64,000 nt of DNA from contig CAXHJY010000184.1 in the NCBI GenBank assembly GCA_964016885.1, positions 62,001-126,000 on the forward strand. The letters run 5' to 3'. The stretch's first letter is position 1. Every line of letters begins with the position of its first letter. Position numbers and translations under genes: made by a program. This stretch comes from Eledone cirrhosa (taxonomy: Eukaryota). This document shows positions 1 through 15,000 of this stretch, one piece after another. The notes below the pieces were generated by a model, which worked only from the letters and a program-made list of their open reading frames with translations, was not told the origin of the DNA and searched no databases.

Positions 1-3000
1 CAGTCACTACAGGACTATAGTCTTTCCCAATCACCACAGGACTATAGTCTTTCCCAGTCACTACAGGACTATAGTCTTTCCCAATCACTACAGGACTATA
101 GTCTTTCCCAGTCACTACAAGACTATAGTCTTTCCCAGTCACTACAAGACTATAGTCTTGCCCAGTCAGTCACTACAGGACTATAGTCTTTTCCAGTCAC
201 TACAGGACTATAGTTTTTCCCAGTCACTACAGGACTATAGTCTTTCCAAGTCACTACAGGACTATAGTCTTTCCCAGTCACTACAGGACTATAGTCTTTC
301 CCAGTCACTACAAGACTATAGTCTTTCCCAGTCACTACAGGATTATAGTCTTTCCCAATCACTACAGGACTATAGTCTTTCCCAGTCACTACAGGACTAT
401 AGTCTTTCCCAGTCACTCCAGGACTATAGTCTTTCCCAATCACTACAGGACTATAGTCTTTCCCAGTCACTACAGGACTATAGTCTTTCCCAGTCACTAC
501 AGGACTATAGTCTTTCTCAATCACTACAGGACTATAGTCTTTCCCAATCACTACAGGACTATAGTCTTTCCCAGTCACTACAGGACTATAGTCTTTCCCA
601 GTCACTACAGCACTATAGTCTTTCCCAGTCACTACAGGACTATAGTTTTTCCCAGTCACTACAGGACTATAGTCTTTCCCAGTCACTCCAGGACTATAGT
701 CTTTCCCAATCACTACAGGACTATAGTCTTTCCCAGTCACTACAGGACTATAGTCTTTCCCAGTCACTACAGGACTACATTCATTCCCAGTCACTACAGG
801 ACTATAGTCTTTCCCAGTCACTACAGGACTATAGTCTTTCCCAGTCACTACAGGACTATAGACTTTCCCAATCACTACAAGACTATAGTCTTTCCCAGTC
901 ACTACAGGACTATAGTCTTTCCCAGTCACTACAGGACTATAGTCTTTCCCAGTCACTACAGGACTATAGTCTTTCCCAGTCACTACAGGACTATAGTCTT
1001 TCCCAGTCACTACAGGACTATAGTCTTTCCCAGTCACTACAGGACTATAGTCTTTCCCAGTCACTACAGGACTATAGTATTTCCCAGTCACTACAGGACT
1101 ATAGTCTTTCCCAGTCACTACAGGACTATAGTCTTTCCCAGTCACTACAGGGCTATAGTCTTTCCCAGTAACTACAGGACTACAGTCTTTCCCAGTCACT
1201 ACAGGACTATAGTCTTTCCCAGTCACTACAGGACTATAGTCTTTCCCAGTCACTACAGGACTATAGTCTTTCCCAATCACTACAGGACTATAGTCTTTCC
1301 CAATCACTACAGGACTATAGTCTTTCCCAGTCACTGCAGGACTATAGTCTTTCCCAATCTCTACAGGACTATAGTCTTTCCCAGTCACTACAAGACTATA
1401 GTCTTTCCCAATCACTACAGGACTATAGTCTTTCCAAATCACTACAGGACTATAGTCTTTCCCAGTCACTACAGGACTATAGTCTTTCCCAGTCACTACA
1501 GGACTATAGTATTTCCCAGTCACTACAGGACTATAGTCTTTCCCAGTCACTACAGGACTATAGCCTTTCCCAGTCACTACAGGGCTATAGTCTTTCCCAG
1601 TCACTACATGACTACAGACTTTCCCAGTCACTACAGGACTATAGTCTTTCCCAGTCACTACAGGACTATAGTCTTTCCCAGTCACTACAGGACTATAGTC
1701 ATTCCCAATCACTACAGGACTATAGTCTTTCCCAGTCACTACAGGACTATAGTCTTTCCCAGTCACTACAAGACTATAGTCTTTCCCAGTCACTACAGGA
1801 TTATAGTCTTTCCCAATCACTACAGGACTATAGTCTTTCCCAGTCACTACAGGACTATAGTCTTTCCCAGTCACTACAGGACTATAGTCTTTCCCAATCA
1901 CTACAGGACTATAGTCTTTCCCAGTCACTACAGGACTATAGTCTTTCCCAGTCACTACAGGACTATAGTCTTTCCCAGTCACTACAGGACTATAGTCTTT
2001 CCCAGTCACTACAGGACTATAGTCTTTCCCAGTCACTACAGGACTATAGTCTTTCCCAATCACTACAGGACTATAATCTTTCCCAGTCACTACAGGACTA
2101 TAGTCTTTCCCAGTCACTACAAGACTATAGTCTTTCCCAGTCACTACAGGACTATAGTCTTTCCCAATCACTACAGGACTATAGTCTTTCCCAGTCACTA
2201 CAGGACTATAGTCTTTCCCAGTCACTACAGGACTATAGTCTTTCCCAGTCGCTACAGGACTATAGTCTTTCCCAGTCACTACAGGACTATAGTCTTTCCC
2301 AGTCACTACAGGACTATAGTCTTTCCCAGTCACTACAAGACTATAGTCTTTCCCAATCACTACAGGACTATAGTCTTTCCCAATCACTACAGGACTATAG
2401 TCTTTCCCAATCACTACAGGACTATAGTCTTTCCCAGTCACTACAGGACTATAGTCTTTCCCAGTCACTACAGGACTATAGTCTTTCCCAGTCACTACAA
2501 GACTATAGTCTTTCCCAATCACTACAGGACTATAGTCTTTCCCAGTCACTACAGGACTATAGTCTTTCCCAATCACTACAGGACTATAGTCTTTCCCAGT
2601 CACTACAAGACTATAGTCTTTCCCAATCACTACAGGACTATAGTCTTTCCCAATCACTACAGGACTATAGTCTATCCCAGTCACTACAGGACTATAGTCT
2701 TTCCCAGTCACTACAGGACTATAGTATTTCCCAGTCACTACAGGACTATAGTTTTCCCAGTCACTACAGGACTATAGTCTTTCCCAGTCACTACAGGACT
2801 ATAGTCTTTCCCAGTCACTACAGGACTATAGTCTTTCCCAGTCACTACAGGACTATAGTCTTTCCCAGTCACTACAGGACTATAGTCTTTCCCAGTCACT
2901 ACAGGACTATAGTCTTTCCCAGTCACTACAGGACTATAGTCTTTCCCAGTCACTACAAGACTATAGTCTTTCCCAATCACTACAGGACTATAGTCTTTCC

Positions 3001-6000
3001 CAATCACTACAGGACTATAGTCTTTCCCAATCACTACAGGACTATAGTCTTTCCCAGTCACTACAGGACTATAGTCTTTCCCAGTCACTACAAGACTATA
3101 GTCTTTCCCAATCACTACAGGACTATAGTCTTTCCCAATCACTACAGGACTATAGTCTTTCCCAATCACTACAAGACTATAGTCTTTCCCAGTCACTACA
3201 GGACTATAGTCTTTCCCAGTTACTACAGGACTATAGTCTTTCCCAGTCACTACAGGACTATAGTCTTTCCCAGTCACTACAGGACTATAGTCTTTCCCAG
3301 TCACTACAGGACTATAGTCTTTCCCAGTCACTACAGGACTATAGTCTTTCCCAGTCACTACAGGGCTATAGTCTTTCACAGTCACTACAGGACTATAGTC
3401 TTTCCCAATCACTACAGGACTACATTCTTTCCCAGTCACTACAGGACTATAGTCTTTCCCAGTCACTACAGGACTATAGTCTTTCCCAGTCACTACAGGA
3501 CTATAGTCTTTCCCAGTCACTACAGGACTATAGTCTTTCCCAATCACTACAGGTCTATAGTCTTTCCCAGTCACTACAGGACTACATTCTTTCCCAGTCA
3601 CTACAGGACTATAGTCTTTCCCAGTCACTACAGGACTATAGTCTTTCCCAGTCACTACAGGGCTATAGTCTTTCCCAGTCACTACAGGACTACATTCTTT
3701 CCCAGTCACTACAGGACTATAGTCTTTCCCAGTCACTACAGGACTATAGTCTTTACCAGTCACTACAGGACTATAGTCTTTCCCAGTCACTACAGGACTA
3801 TAGTCTTTCCCAATCACTACAGGACTATAGTCTTTCCCAGTCACTACAGGACTACATTCTTTCCCAGTCACTACAGGACTATAGTCTTTCCCAATCACTA
3901 CAGGACTATAGTCTTTCCCAGTCACTACAGGACTACATTCTTTCCCATTCACTACAGGACTATAGTCTTTCCCAGTCACTACAGGACTATAGTCTTTCCC
4001 AGTCACTACAGGACTATAGTCTTTCCTAGTCACTACAGGACTATAGTCTTTCCCAATCACTACAGGACTATAGTCTTTCCCAGTCACTACAGGACTACAT
4101 TCTTTCCCAGTCACTACAGGACTATAGTCTTTCCCAATCACCACAGGACTATAGTCTTTCCCAGTCACTACAGGACTATAGTCTTTCCCAATCACTACAG
4201 GACTATAGTCTTTCCCAGTCACTACAAGACTATAGTCTTTCCCAGTCACTACAAGACTATAGTCTTGCCCAGTCAGTCACTACAGGACTATAGTCTTTTC
4301 CAGTCACTACAGGACTATAGTCTTTCCCAGTCACTACAGGACTATAGTCTTTCCCAGACACTACAGGACTATAGTCTTTCCCAGTCACTACAGGACTATA
4401 GTCTTTCCCAGTCACTACAGGACTATAGTCTTTCCCAATCACTACAGGACTACATTCTTTCCCAGTCACTACAGGACTATAGACTTTCCCAGTCACTACA
4501 GGACTATAGTCTTTCCCAGTCACTACAGGACTATAGTCTTTCCCAGTCACTACAGGACTATAGTTTTTCCCAGTCACTACAGGACTATAGTCTTTCCCAA
4601 TCACTACAGGACTATAGTCTTTCCCAATCACTACAGGACTATAGTCTTTCCCAATCACTACAGGACTATAGTCTTTCCCAGTCACTACAGGACTATAGTC
4701 ATTCCTAGTCACTACAGGACTATAGTCTTTCCCAGTCACTACAGGACTACATTCTTTCCCAGTCACTACAGGACTTTAGTCTTTCCCAATCACTACAGGA
4801 CTATAGTCTTTCCCAGTCACTACAGGACTATAGTCTTTCCCAGTCACTACAGGACTATAGTCTTTCCCAATCACTACAGGACTATAGTCTTTCCCAGTCA
4901 CTACAGGACTATAGTCTTTCCCAGTCACTACAGGACTATAGTCTTTCCCAGTCACTACAGGACTATAGTCTTTCCCAGTCACTACAGGACTATAGTCTTT
5001 CCCAGTCACTACAGGACTATAGTCTTTCCCAGTCACTACAGGACTATAGTCTTTCCCAGTCACTACAGGACTATAGTCTTTCCCAGTCACTACAGGACTA
5101 TAGTCCTTCCCAGTCGCTACAGGACTATAGTCTTTCCCAATCACTACAGGACTATAGTCTTTCCCAGTCACTACAGGACTATAGTCTTTCCCAATCACTA
5201 CAGGACTATAGTCTTTCCCAGTCACTACAGGACTACATTCTTTCCCAGTCACTACAGGACTATAGTCATTCCCAGTCACTACAGGACTATAGTCTTTCCC
5301 AATCACTACAGGACTATAGTCTTTCCCAGTCACTACAGGACTACATTCTTTCCCAGTCACTACAGGACTATAGTCCTTCCCAGTCACTACAGGACTATAG
5401 TCTTTCCCAATCACCACAGGACTATAGTCTTTCCCAGTCACTACAGGACTATAGTCTTTCCCAATCACTACAGGACTATAGTCTTTCCCAGTCACTACAA
5501 GACTATAGTCTTTCCCAGTCACTACAAGACTATAGTCTTGCCCAGTCAGTCACTACAGGACTATAGTCTTTTCCAGTCACTACAGGACTATAGTCTTTCC
5601 CAGTCACTACAGGACTATAGTCTTTCCCAGTCACTACAGGACTATAGTCTTTCCCAGTCACTACAGGACTATAGTTTTTCCCAGTCACTACAGGACTATA
5701 GTCTTTTCCAATTACTACAGGACTACATTCTTTCCCAGTCACTACAGGACTATAGTCTTTCCCAGTCACTACAGGACTATAGTCTTTCCCAGTCACTACA
5801 GGACTATAGTCTTTCCCAGTCACTACAGGACTATAGTTTTTCCCAGTCACTACAGGACTATAGTCTTTCCCAATCACTACAGGACTATAGTCTTTCCCAA
5901 TCACTACAGGACAATAGTCTTTCCCAATCAATACAAGACTATAGTCTTTCCCAGTCACTACAGGACTATAGTCTTTCCCAATCACTACAGGACTATAGTC

Positions 6001-9000
6001 TTTCCCAATCACTACAGGACTATAGTCTTTCCCAGTCACTACAGGACTATAGTCTTTCCCAGTCACTACAGGACTATAGTCTTTCCCAGTTACTACAGGA
6101 CTATAGTCTTTCCCAGTCACTACAAGACTATAGTCTTTCCCAATCACTACAGGACTATAGTCTTTCCCAGTCACTACAGGACTATAGTCTTTCCCAGTCA
6201 CTACAGGACTATAGTCTTTCCCAGTCACTACAGGACTATAGTCTTTCCCAGTCACTACAGGACTATAGTCTTTCCCAATCACTACAGGACTATAGTCTTT
6301 CCCAGTCACTACAGGACTATAGTCTTTCCCAGTCACTACAAGACTATAGTCTTTCCCAGTCACTACAGGACTATAGTCTTTCCCAATCACTACAGGACTA
6401 TAGTCTTTCCCAGTCACTACAGGACTATAGTCTTTCCCAGTCACTACAGGACTATAGTCTTTCCCAGTCACTACAGGACTATAGTCTTTCCCAGTCACTA
6501 CAGGACTATAGTCTTTCCCAGTCACTGCAAGACTATAGTCTTTCCCAATCACTACAGGACTATAGTCTTTCCCAATCACTACAGGACTATAGTCTTTCCC
6601 AATCACTACAGGACTATAGTCTTTCCCAGTCACTACAGGACTATAGTCTTTCCCAGTCACTACAGGACTATAGTCTTTCCCAGTCACTACAAGACTATAG
6701 TCTTTCCCAATCACTACAGGACTATAGTCTTTCCCAGTCACTACAGGACTATAGTCTTTCCCAATCACTACAGGACTATAGTCTTTCCCAGTCACTACAA
6801 GACTATAGTCTTTCCCAATCACTACAGGACTATAGTCTTTCCCAATCACTACAGGACTATAGTCTTTCCCAGTCACTACAGGACTATAGTCTTTCCCAGT
6901 CACTATAGGACTATAGTATTTCCCAGTCACTACAGGACTATAGTCTTTCCCAGTCACTACAGGACTATAGTCTTTCCCAGTCACTACAGGGCTATAGTCT
7001 TTCCCAGTCACTACATACATACAGACTTTCCCAGTCACTACAGGACTATAGTCTTTCCCAGTCACTACAGGACTATAGTCTTTCCCAGTCACTACAGGAC
7101 TATAGTCTTTCCCAATCACTACAGGACTATAGTCTTTCCCAGTCACTACAGGACTATAGTCTTTCCCAGTCACTACAAGACTATAGTCTTTCCCAGTCAC
7201 TACAGGATTATAGTCTTTCCCAATCACTACAGGACTATAGTCTTTCCCAGTCACTACAGGACTATAGTCTTTCCCAGTCACTACAGGACTATAGTCTTTC
7301 CCAATCACTACAGGACTATAGTCTTTCCCAGTCACTACAGGACTATAGTCTTTCCCAGTCACTACAGGACTATAGTCTTTCCCAGTCACTACAGGACTAT
7401 AGTCTTTCCCAGTCACTACAGGACTATAGTCTTTCCCAATCACTACAGGACTATAGACTTTCCCAGTCACTACAGGACTATAGTCTTTCCCAGTCACTAC
7501 AAGACTATAGTCTTTCCCAGTCACTACAGGACTATAGTCTTTCCCAATCACTACAGGACTATTGTCTTTCCCAGTCACTACAGGACTATAGTCTTTCCCA
7601 GTCACTACAGGACTATAGTCTTTCCCAGTCACTACAGGACTATAGTCTTTCCCAGTCACTACAGGACTATAGTCTTTCCCAGTCACTACAGGACTATAGT
7701 TTTTCCCAGTCACTACAAGACTATAGTCTTTCCCAATCACTACAGGACTATAGTCTTTCCCAATCACTACAGGACTATAGTCTTTCCCAATCACTACAGG
7801 ACTATAGTCTTTCCCAGTCACTACAGGACTATAGTCTTTCCCAGTCACTACAAGACTATAGTCTTTCCCAATCACTACAGGACTATAGACTTTCCCAATC
7901 ACTACAGGACTATAGTCTTTCCCAATCACTACAAGACTATAGTCTTTCCCAGTCACTACAGGACTATAGTCTTTCCCAGTTACTACAGGACTATAGTCTT
8001 TCCCAGTCAATACAGGACTAACGTCTTTCCCAGTCACTACAGGACTATAGTCTTTCCCAGTCACTACAGGACTATAGTCTTTCCCAGTCACTACAGGACT
8101 ATAGTCTTTCCCAGTCACTACAGGGCTATAGTCTTTCACAGTCACTACAGGACTATAGTCTTTCCCAATCACTACAGGACTACATTCTTTCCCAGTCACT
8201 ACAGGACTATAGTCTTTCCCAGTCACTACAGGACTATAGTCTTTCCCAGTCAGTACAGGACTATAGTCTTTCCCAGTCACTACAGGACTATAGTCTTTCC
8301 CAATCACTACAGGACTATAGTCTTTCCCAGTCACTACAGGACTACATTCTTTCCCAGTCACTACAGGACTATAGTCTTTCCCAATCACTACAGGACTATA
8401 GTCTTTCCCAGTCACTACAGGACTACATTCTTTCCCAGTCACTACAGGAGTATAGTCTTTCCCAGTCACTACAGGACTATAGTCTTTCCCAGTCACTACA
8501 GGACTATAGTCTTTCCCAGTCACTACAGGACTATAGTCTATCCCAATCACTACAGGACTATAGTCTTTCCCAGTCACTACAGGACTACATTCTTTCCCAG
8601 TCACTACAGGACTATAGTCTTTCCCAATCACCACAGGACTATAGTCTTTCCCAGTCACTACAGGACTATAGTCTTTCCCAATCACTACAGGACTATAGTC
8701 TTTCCCAGTCACTACAAGACTATAGTCTTTCCCAGTCACTACAAGGCTATAGTCTTGCCCAGTCAGTCACTACAGGACTATAGACTTTTCCAGTCACTAC
8801 AGGACTGTAGTCTTTCCCAGTCACTACAGGACTATAGTCTTTCCCAGTCACTACAGGACTATAGTCTTTCCCAGTCACTACAGGACTATAGTCTTTCCCA
8901 GTCACTACAAGACTATAGTCTTTCCCAGTCACTACAGGATTATAGTCTTTCCCAATCACTACAGGACTATAGTCTTTCCCAGTCACTACAGGACTATAGT

Positions 9001-12000
9001 CTTTCCCAGTCACTCCAGGACTATAGTCTTTCCCAATCACTACAGGACTATAGTCTTTCCCAGTCACTACAGGACTATAGTCTTTCCCAGTCACTACAGG
9101 ACTATAGTCTTTCCCAAACACTACAGGACTATAGTCTTTCCCAATCACTACAGGACTATAGTCTTTCCCAGTCACTACAGGACTATAGTCTTTCCCAGTC
9201 ACTACAGCACTATAGTCTTTCCCAGTCACTACAGGACTATAGTCTTTCCCAATCACTACAGGACTATAGTCTTTCCCAGTCACTACAGGACTATAGTCTT
9301 TCCCAGTCACTACAAGACTATAGTCTTTCCCAATCACTACAGGACTATAATCTTTCCCAATCACTACAGGACTATAGTCTTTCCCAATCACTACAAGACT
9401 ATAGTCTTTCCCAGTCACTACAGGACTATAGTCTTTCCCAGTTACTACAGGACTATAGTCTTTCCCAGTCACTACTGGACTATAGTTTTCCCAGTCACTA
9501 CAGCGCTATAGTCTTTCCCAGTCACTACAGGACTATAGTCTTTCCCAGTCACTACAGGACTATAGTCTTTCCCAGTCACTACAGGGCTATAGTCTTTCCC
9601 AGTCACTACAGGACTACATTCGTTCCCAGTCACTACAGGACTATAGTCTTTCCCAGTCACTACAGGACTATAGTCTTTCCCAGTCACTACAGGACTATAG
9701 TCTTTCCCAGTCACTACAGGACTATAGTCTTTCCCAATCACTACAGGACTATAGTCTTTCCCAGTCACTACAGGACTACATTCTTTCCCAGTCACTACAG
9801 GACTATAGTCTTTCCCAATCACTACAGGACTATAGTCTTTCCCAGTCACTACAGGACTACATTCTTTCCCATTCACTACAGGACTATAGTCTTTCCCAGT
9901 CACTACAGGACTATAGTCTTTCCCAGTCACTACAGGACTATAGTCTTTCCTAGTCACTACAGGACTATAGTCTTTCCCAATCACTACAGGACTATAGTCT
10001 TTCCCAGTCACTACAGGACTACATTCTTTCCCAGTCACTACAGGACTATAGTCTTTCCCAATCACCACAGGACTATAGTCTTTCCCAGTCACTACAGGAC
10101 TATAGTCTTTCCCAATCACTACAGGACTATAGTCTTTCCCAGTCACTACAAGACTATAGTCTTTCCCAGTCACTACAAGACTATAGTCTTGCCCAGTCAG
10201 TCACTACAGGACTATAGTCTTTTCCAGTCACTACAGGACTATAGTCTTTCCCAGTCACTACAGGACTATAGTCTTTCCCAGACACTACAGGACTATAGTC
10301 TTTCCCAGTCACTACAGGACTATAGTCTTTCCCAGTCACTACAGGACTATAGTCTTTCCCAATCACTACAGGACTACATTCTTTCCCAGTCACTACAGGA
10401 CTATAGACTTTCCCAGTCACTACAGGACTATAGTCTTTCCCAGTCACTACAGGACTATAGTCTTTCCCAGTCACTACAGGACTATAGTTTTTCCCAGTCA
10501 CTACAGGACTATAGTCTTTCCCAATCACTACAGGACTATAGTCTTTCCCAATCACTACAGGACTATAGTCTTTCCCAATCACTACAGGACTATAGTCTTT
10601 CCCAGTCACTACAGGACTATAGTCATTCCTAGTCACTACAGGACTATAGTCTTTCCCAGTCACTACAGGACTACATTCTTTCCCAGTCACTACAGGACTT
10701 TAGTCTTTCCCAATCACTACAGGACTATAGTCTTTCCCAGTCACTACAGGACTATAGTCTTTCCCAGTCACTACAGGACTATAGTCTTTCCCAATCACTA
10801 CAGGACTATAGTCTTTCCCAGTCACTACAGGACTATAGTCTTTCCCAGTCACTACAGGACTATAGTCTTTCCCAGTCACTACAGGACTATAGTCTTTCCC
10901 AGTCACTACAGGACTATAGTCTTTCCCAGTCACTACAGGACTATAGTCTTTCCCAGTCACTACAGGACTATAGTCTTTCCCAGTCACTACAGGACTATAG
11001 TCTTTCCCAGTCACTACAGGACTATAGTCCTTCCCAGTCGCTACAGGACTATAGTCTTTCCCAATCACTACAGGACTATAGTCTTTCCCAGTCACTACAG
11101 GACTATAGTCTTTCCCAATCACTACAGGACTATAGTCTTTCCCAGTCACTACAGGACTACATTCTTTCCCAGTCACTACAGGACTATAGTCATTCCCAGT
11201 CACTACAGGACTATAGTCTTTCCCAATCACTACAGGACTATAGTCTTTCCCAGTCACTACAGGACTACATTCTTTCCCAGTCACTACAGGACTATAGTCC
11301 TTCCCAGTCACTACAGGACTATAGTCTTTCCCAATCACCACAGGACTATAGTCTTTCCCAGTCACTACAGGACTATAGTCTTTCCCAATCACTACAGGAC
11401 TATAGTCTTTCCCAGTCACTACAAGACTATAGTCTTTCCCAGTCACTACAAGACTATAGTCTTGCCCAGTCAGTCACTACAGGACTATAGTCTTTTCCAG
11501 TCACTACAGGACTATAGTCTTTCCCAGTCACTACAGGACTATAGTCTTTCCCAGTCACTACAGGACTATAGTCTTTCCCAGTCACTACAGGACTATAGTT
11601 TTTCCCAGTCACTACAGGACTATAGTCTTTTCCAATTACTACAGGACTACATTCTTTCCCAGTCACTACAGGACTATAGTCTTTCCCAGTCACTACAGGA
11701 CTATAGTCTTTCCCAGTCACTACAGGACTATAGTCTTTCCCAGTCACTACAGGACTATAGTTTTTCCCAGTCACTACAGGACTATAGTCTTTCCCAATTA
11801 CTACAGGACTATAGTCTTTCCCAATCACTACAGGACAATAGTCTTTCCCAATCAATACAAGACTATAGTCTTTCCCAGTCACTACAGGACTATAGTCTTT
11901 CCCAATCACTACAGGACTATAGTCTTTCCCAATCACTACAGGACTATAGTCTTTCCCAGTCACTACAGGACTATAGTCTTTCCCAGTCACTACAGGACTA

Positions 12001-15000
12001 TAGTCTTTCCCAGTTACTACAGGACTATAGTCTTTCCCAGTCACTACAAGACTATAGTCTTTCCCAATCACTACAGGACTATAGTCTTTCCCAGTCACTA
12101 CAGGACTATAGTCTTTCCCAGTCACTACAGGACTATAGTCTTTCCCAGTCACTACAGGACTATAGTCTTTCCCAGTCACTACAGGACTATAGTCTTTCCC
12201 AATCACTACAGGACTATAGTCTTTCCCAGTCACTACAGGACTATAGTCTTTCCCAGTCACTACAAGACTATAGTCTTTCCCAGTCACTACAGGACTATAG
12301 TCTTTCCCAATCACTACAGGACTATAGTCTTTCCCAGTCACTACAGGACTATAGTCTTTCCCAGTCACTACAGGACTATAGTCTTTCCCAGTCACTACAG
12401 GACTATAGTCTTTCCCAGTCACTACAGGACTATAGTCTTTCCCAGTCACTGCAAGACTATAGTCTTTCCCAATCACTACAGGACTATAGTCTTTCCCAAT
12501 CACTACAGGACTATAGTCTTTCCCAATCACTACAGGACTATAGTCTTTCCCAGTCACTACAGGACTATAGTCTTTCCCAGTCACTACAGGACTATAGTCT
12601 TTCCCAGTCACTACAAGACTATAGTCTTTCCCAATCACTACAGGACTATAGTCTTTCCCAGTCACTACAGGACTATAGTCTTTCCCAATCACTACAGGAC
12701 TATAGTCTTTCCCAGTCACTACAAGACTATAGTCTTTCCCAATCACTACAGGACTATAGTCTTTCCCAATCACTACAGGACTATAGTCTTTCCCAGTCAC
12801 TACAGGACTATAGTCTTTCCCAGTCACTATAGGACTATAGTATTTCCCAGTCACTACAGGACTATAGTCTTTCCCAGTCACTACAGGACTATAGTCTTTC
12901 CCAGTCACTACAGGGCTATAGTCTTTCCCAGTCACTACATACATACAGACTTTCCCAGTCACTACAGGACTATAGTCTTTCCCAGTCACTACAGGACTAT
13001 AGTCTTTCCCAGTCACTACAGGACTATAGTCTTTCCCAATCACTACAGGACTATAGTCTTTCCCAGTCACTACAGGACTATAGTCTTTCCCAGTCACTAC
13101 AAGACTATAGTCTTTCCCAGTCACTACAGGATTATAGTCTTTCCCAATCACTACAGGACTATAGTCTTTCCCAGTCACTACAGGACTATAGTCTTTCCCA
13201 GTCACTACAGGACTATAGTCTTTCCCAATCACTACAGGACTATAGTCTTTCCCAGTCACTACAGGACTATAGTCTTTCCCAGTCACTACAGGACTATAGT
13301 CTTTCCCAGTCACTACAGGACTATAGTCTTTCCCAGTCACTACAGGACTATAGTCTTTCCCAATCACTACAGGACTATAGACTTTCCCAGTCACTACAGG
13401 ACTATAGTCTTTCCCAGTCACTACAAGACTATAGTCTTTCCCAGTCACTACAGGACTATAGTCTTTCCCAATCACTACAGGACTATTGTCTTTCCCAGTC
13501 ACTACAGGACTATAGTCTTTCCCAGTCACTACAGGACTATAGTCTTTCCCAGTCACTACAGGACTATAGTCTTTCCCAGTCACTACAGGACTATAGTCTT
13601 TCCCAGTCACTACAGGACTATAGTTTTTCCCAGTCACTACAAGACTATAGTCTTTCCCAATCACTACAGGACTATAGTCTTTCCCAATCACTACAGGACT
13701 ATAGTCTTTCCCAATCACTACAGGACTATAGTCTTTCCCAGTCACTACAGGACTATAGTCTTTCCCAGTCACTACAAGACTATAGTCTTTCCCAATCACT
13801 ACAGGACTATAGACTTTCCCAATCACTACAGGACTATAGTCTTTCCCAATCACTACAAGACTATAGTCTTTCCCAGTCACTACAGGACTATAGTCTTTCC
13901 CAGTTACTACAGGACTATAGTCTTTCCCAGTCAATACAGGACTAACGTCTTTCCCAGTCACTACAGGACTATAGTCTTTCCCAGTCACTACAGGACTATA
14001 GTCTTTCCCAGTCACTACAGGACTATAGTCTTTCCCAGTCACTACAGGGCTATAGTCTTTCACAGTCACTACAGGACTATAGTCTTTCCCAATCACTACA
14101 GGACTACATTCTTTCCCAGTCACTACAGGACTATAGTCTTTCCCAGTCACTACAGGACTATAGTCTTTCCCAGTCAGTACAGGACTATAGTCTTTCCCAG
14201 TCACTACAGGACTATAGTCTTTCCCAATCACTACAGGACTATAGTCTTTCCCAGTCACTACAGGACTACATTCTTTCCCAGTCACTACAGGACTATAGTC
14301 TTTCCCAATCACTACAGGACTATAGTCTTTCCCAGTCACTACAGGACTACATTCTTTCCCAGTCACTACAGGAGTATAGTCTTTCCCAGTCACTACAGGA
14401 CTATAGTCTTTCCCAGTCACTACAGGACTATAGTCTTTCCCAGTCACTACAGGACTATAGTCTATCCCAATCACTACAGGACTATAGTCTTTCCCAGTCA
14501 CTACAGGACTACATTCTTTCCCAGTCACTACAGGACTATAGTCTTTCCCAATCACCACAGGACTATAGTCTTTCCCAGTCACTACAGGACTATAGTCTTT
14601 CCCAATCACTACAGGACTATAGTCTTTCCCAGTCACTACAAGACTATAGTCTTTCCCAGTCACTACAAGGCTATAGTCTTGCCCAGTCAGTCACTACAGG
14701 ACTATAGACTTTTCCAGTCACTACAGGACTGTAGTCTTTCCCAGTCACTACAGGACTATAGTCTTTCCCAGTCACTACAGGACTATAGTCTTTCCCAGTC
14801 ACTACAGGACTATAGTCTTTCCCAGTCACTACAAGACTATAGTCTTTCCCAGTCACTACAGGATTATAGTCTTTCCCAATCACTACAGGACTATAGTCTT
14901 TCCCAGTCACTACAGGACTATAGTCTTTCCCAGTCACTCCAGGACTATAGTCTTTCCCAATCACTACAGGACTATAGTCTTTCCCAGTCACTACAGGACT

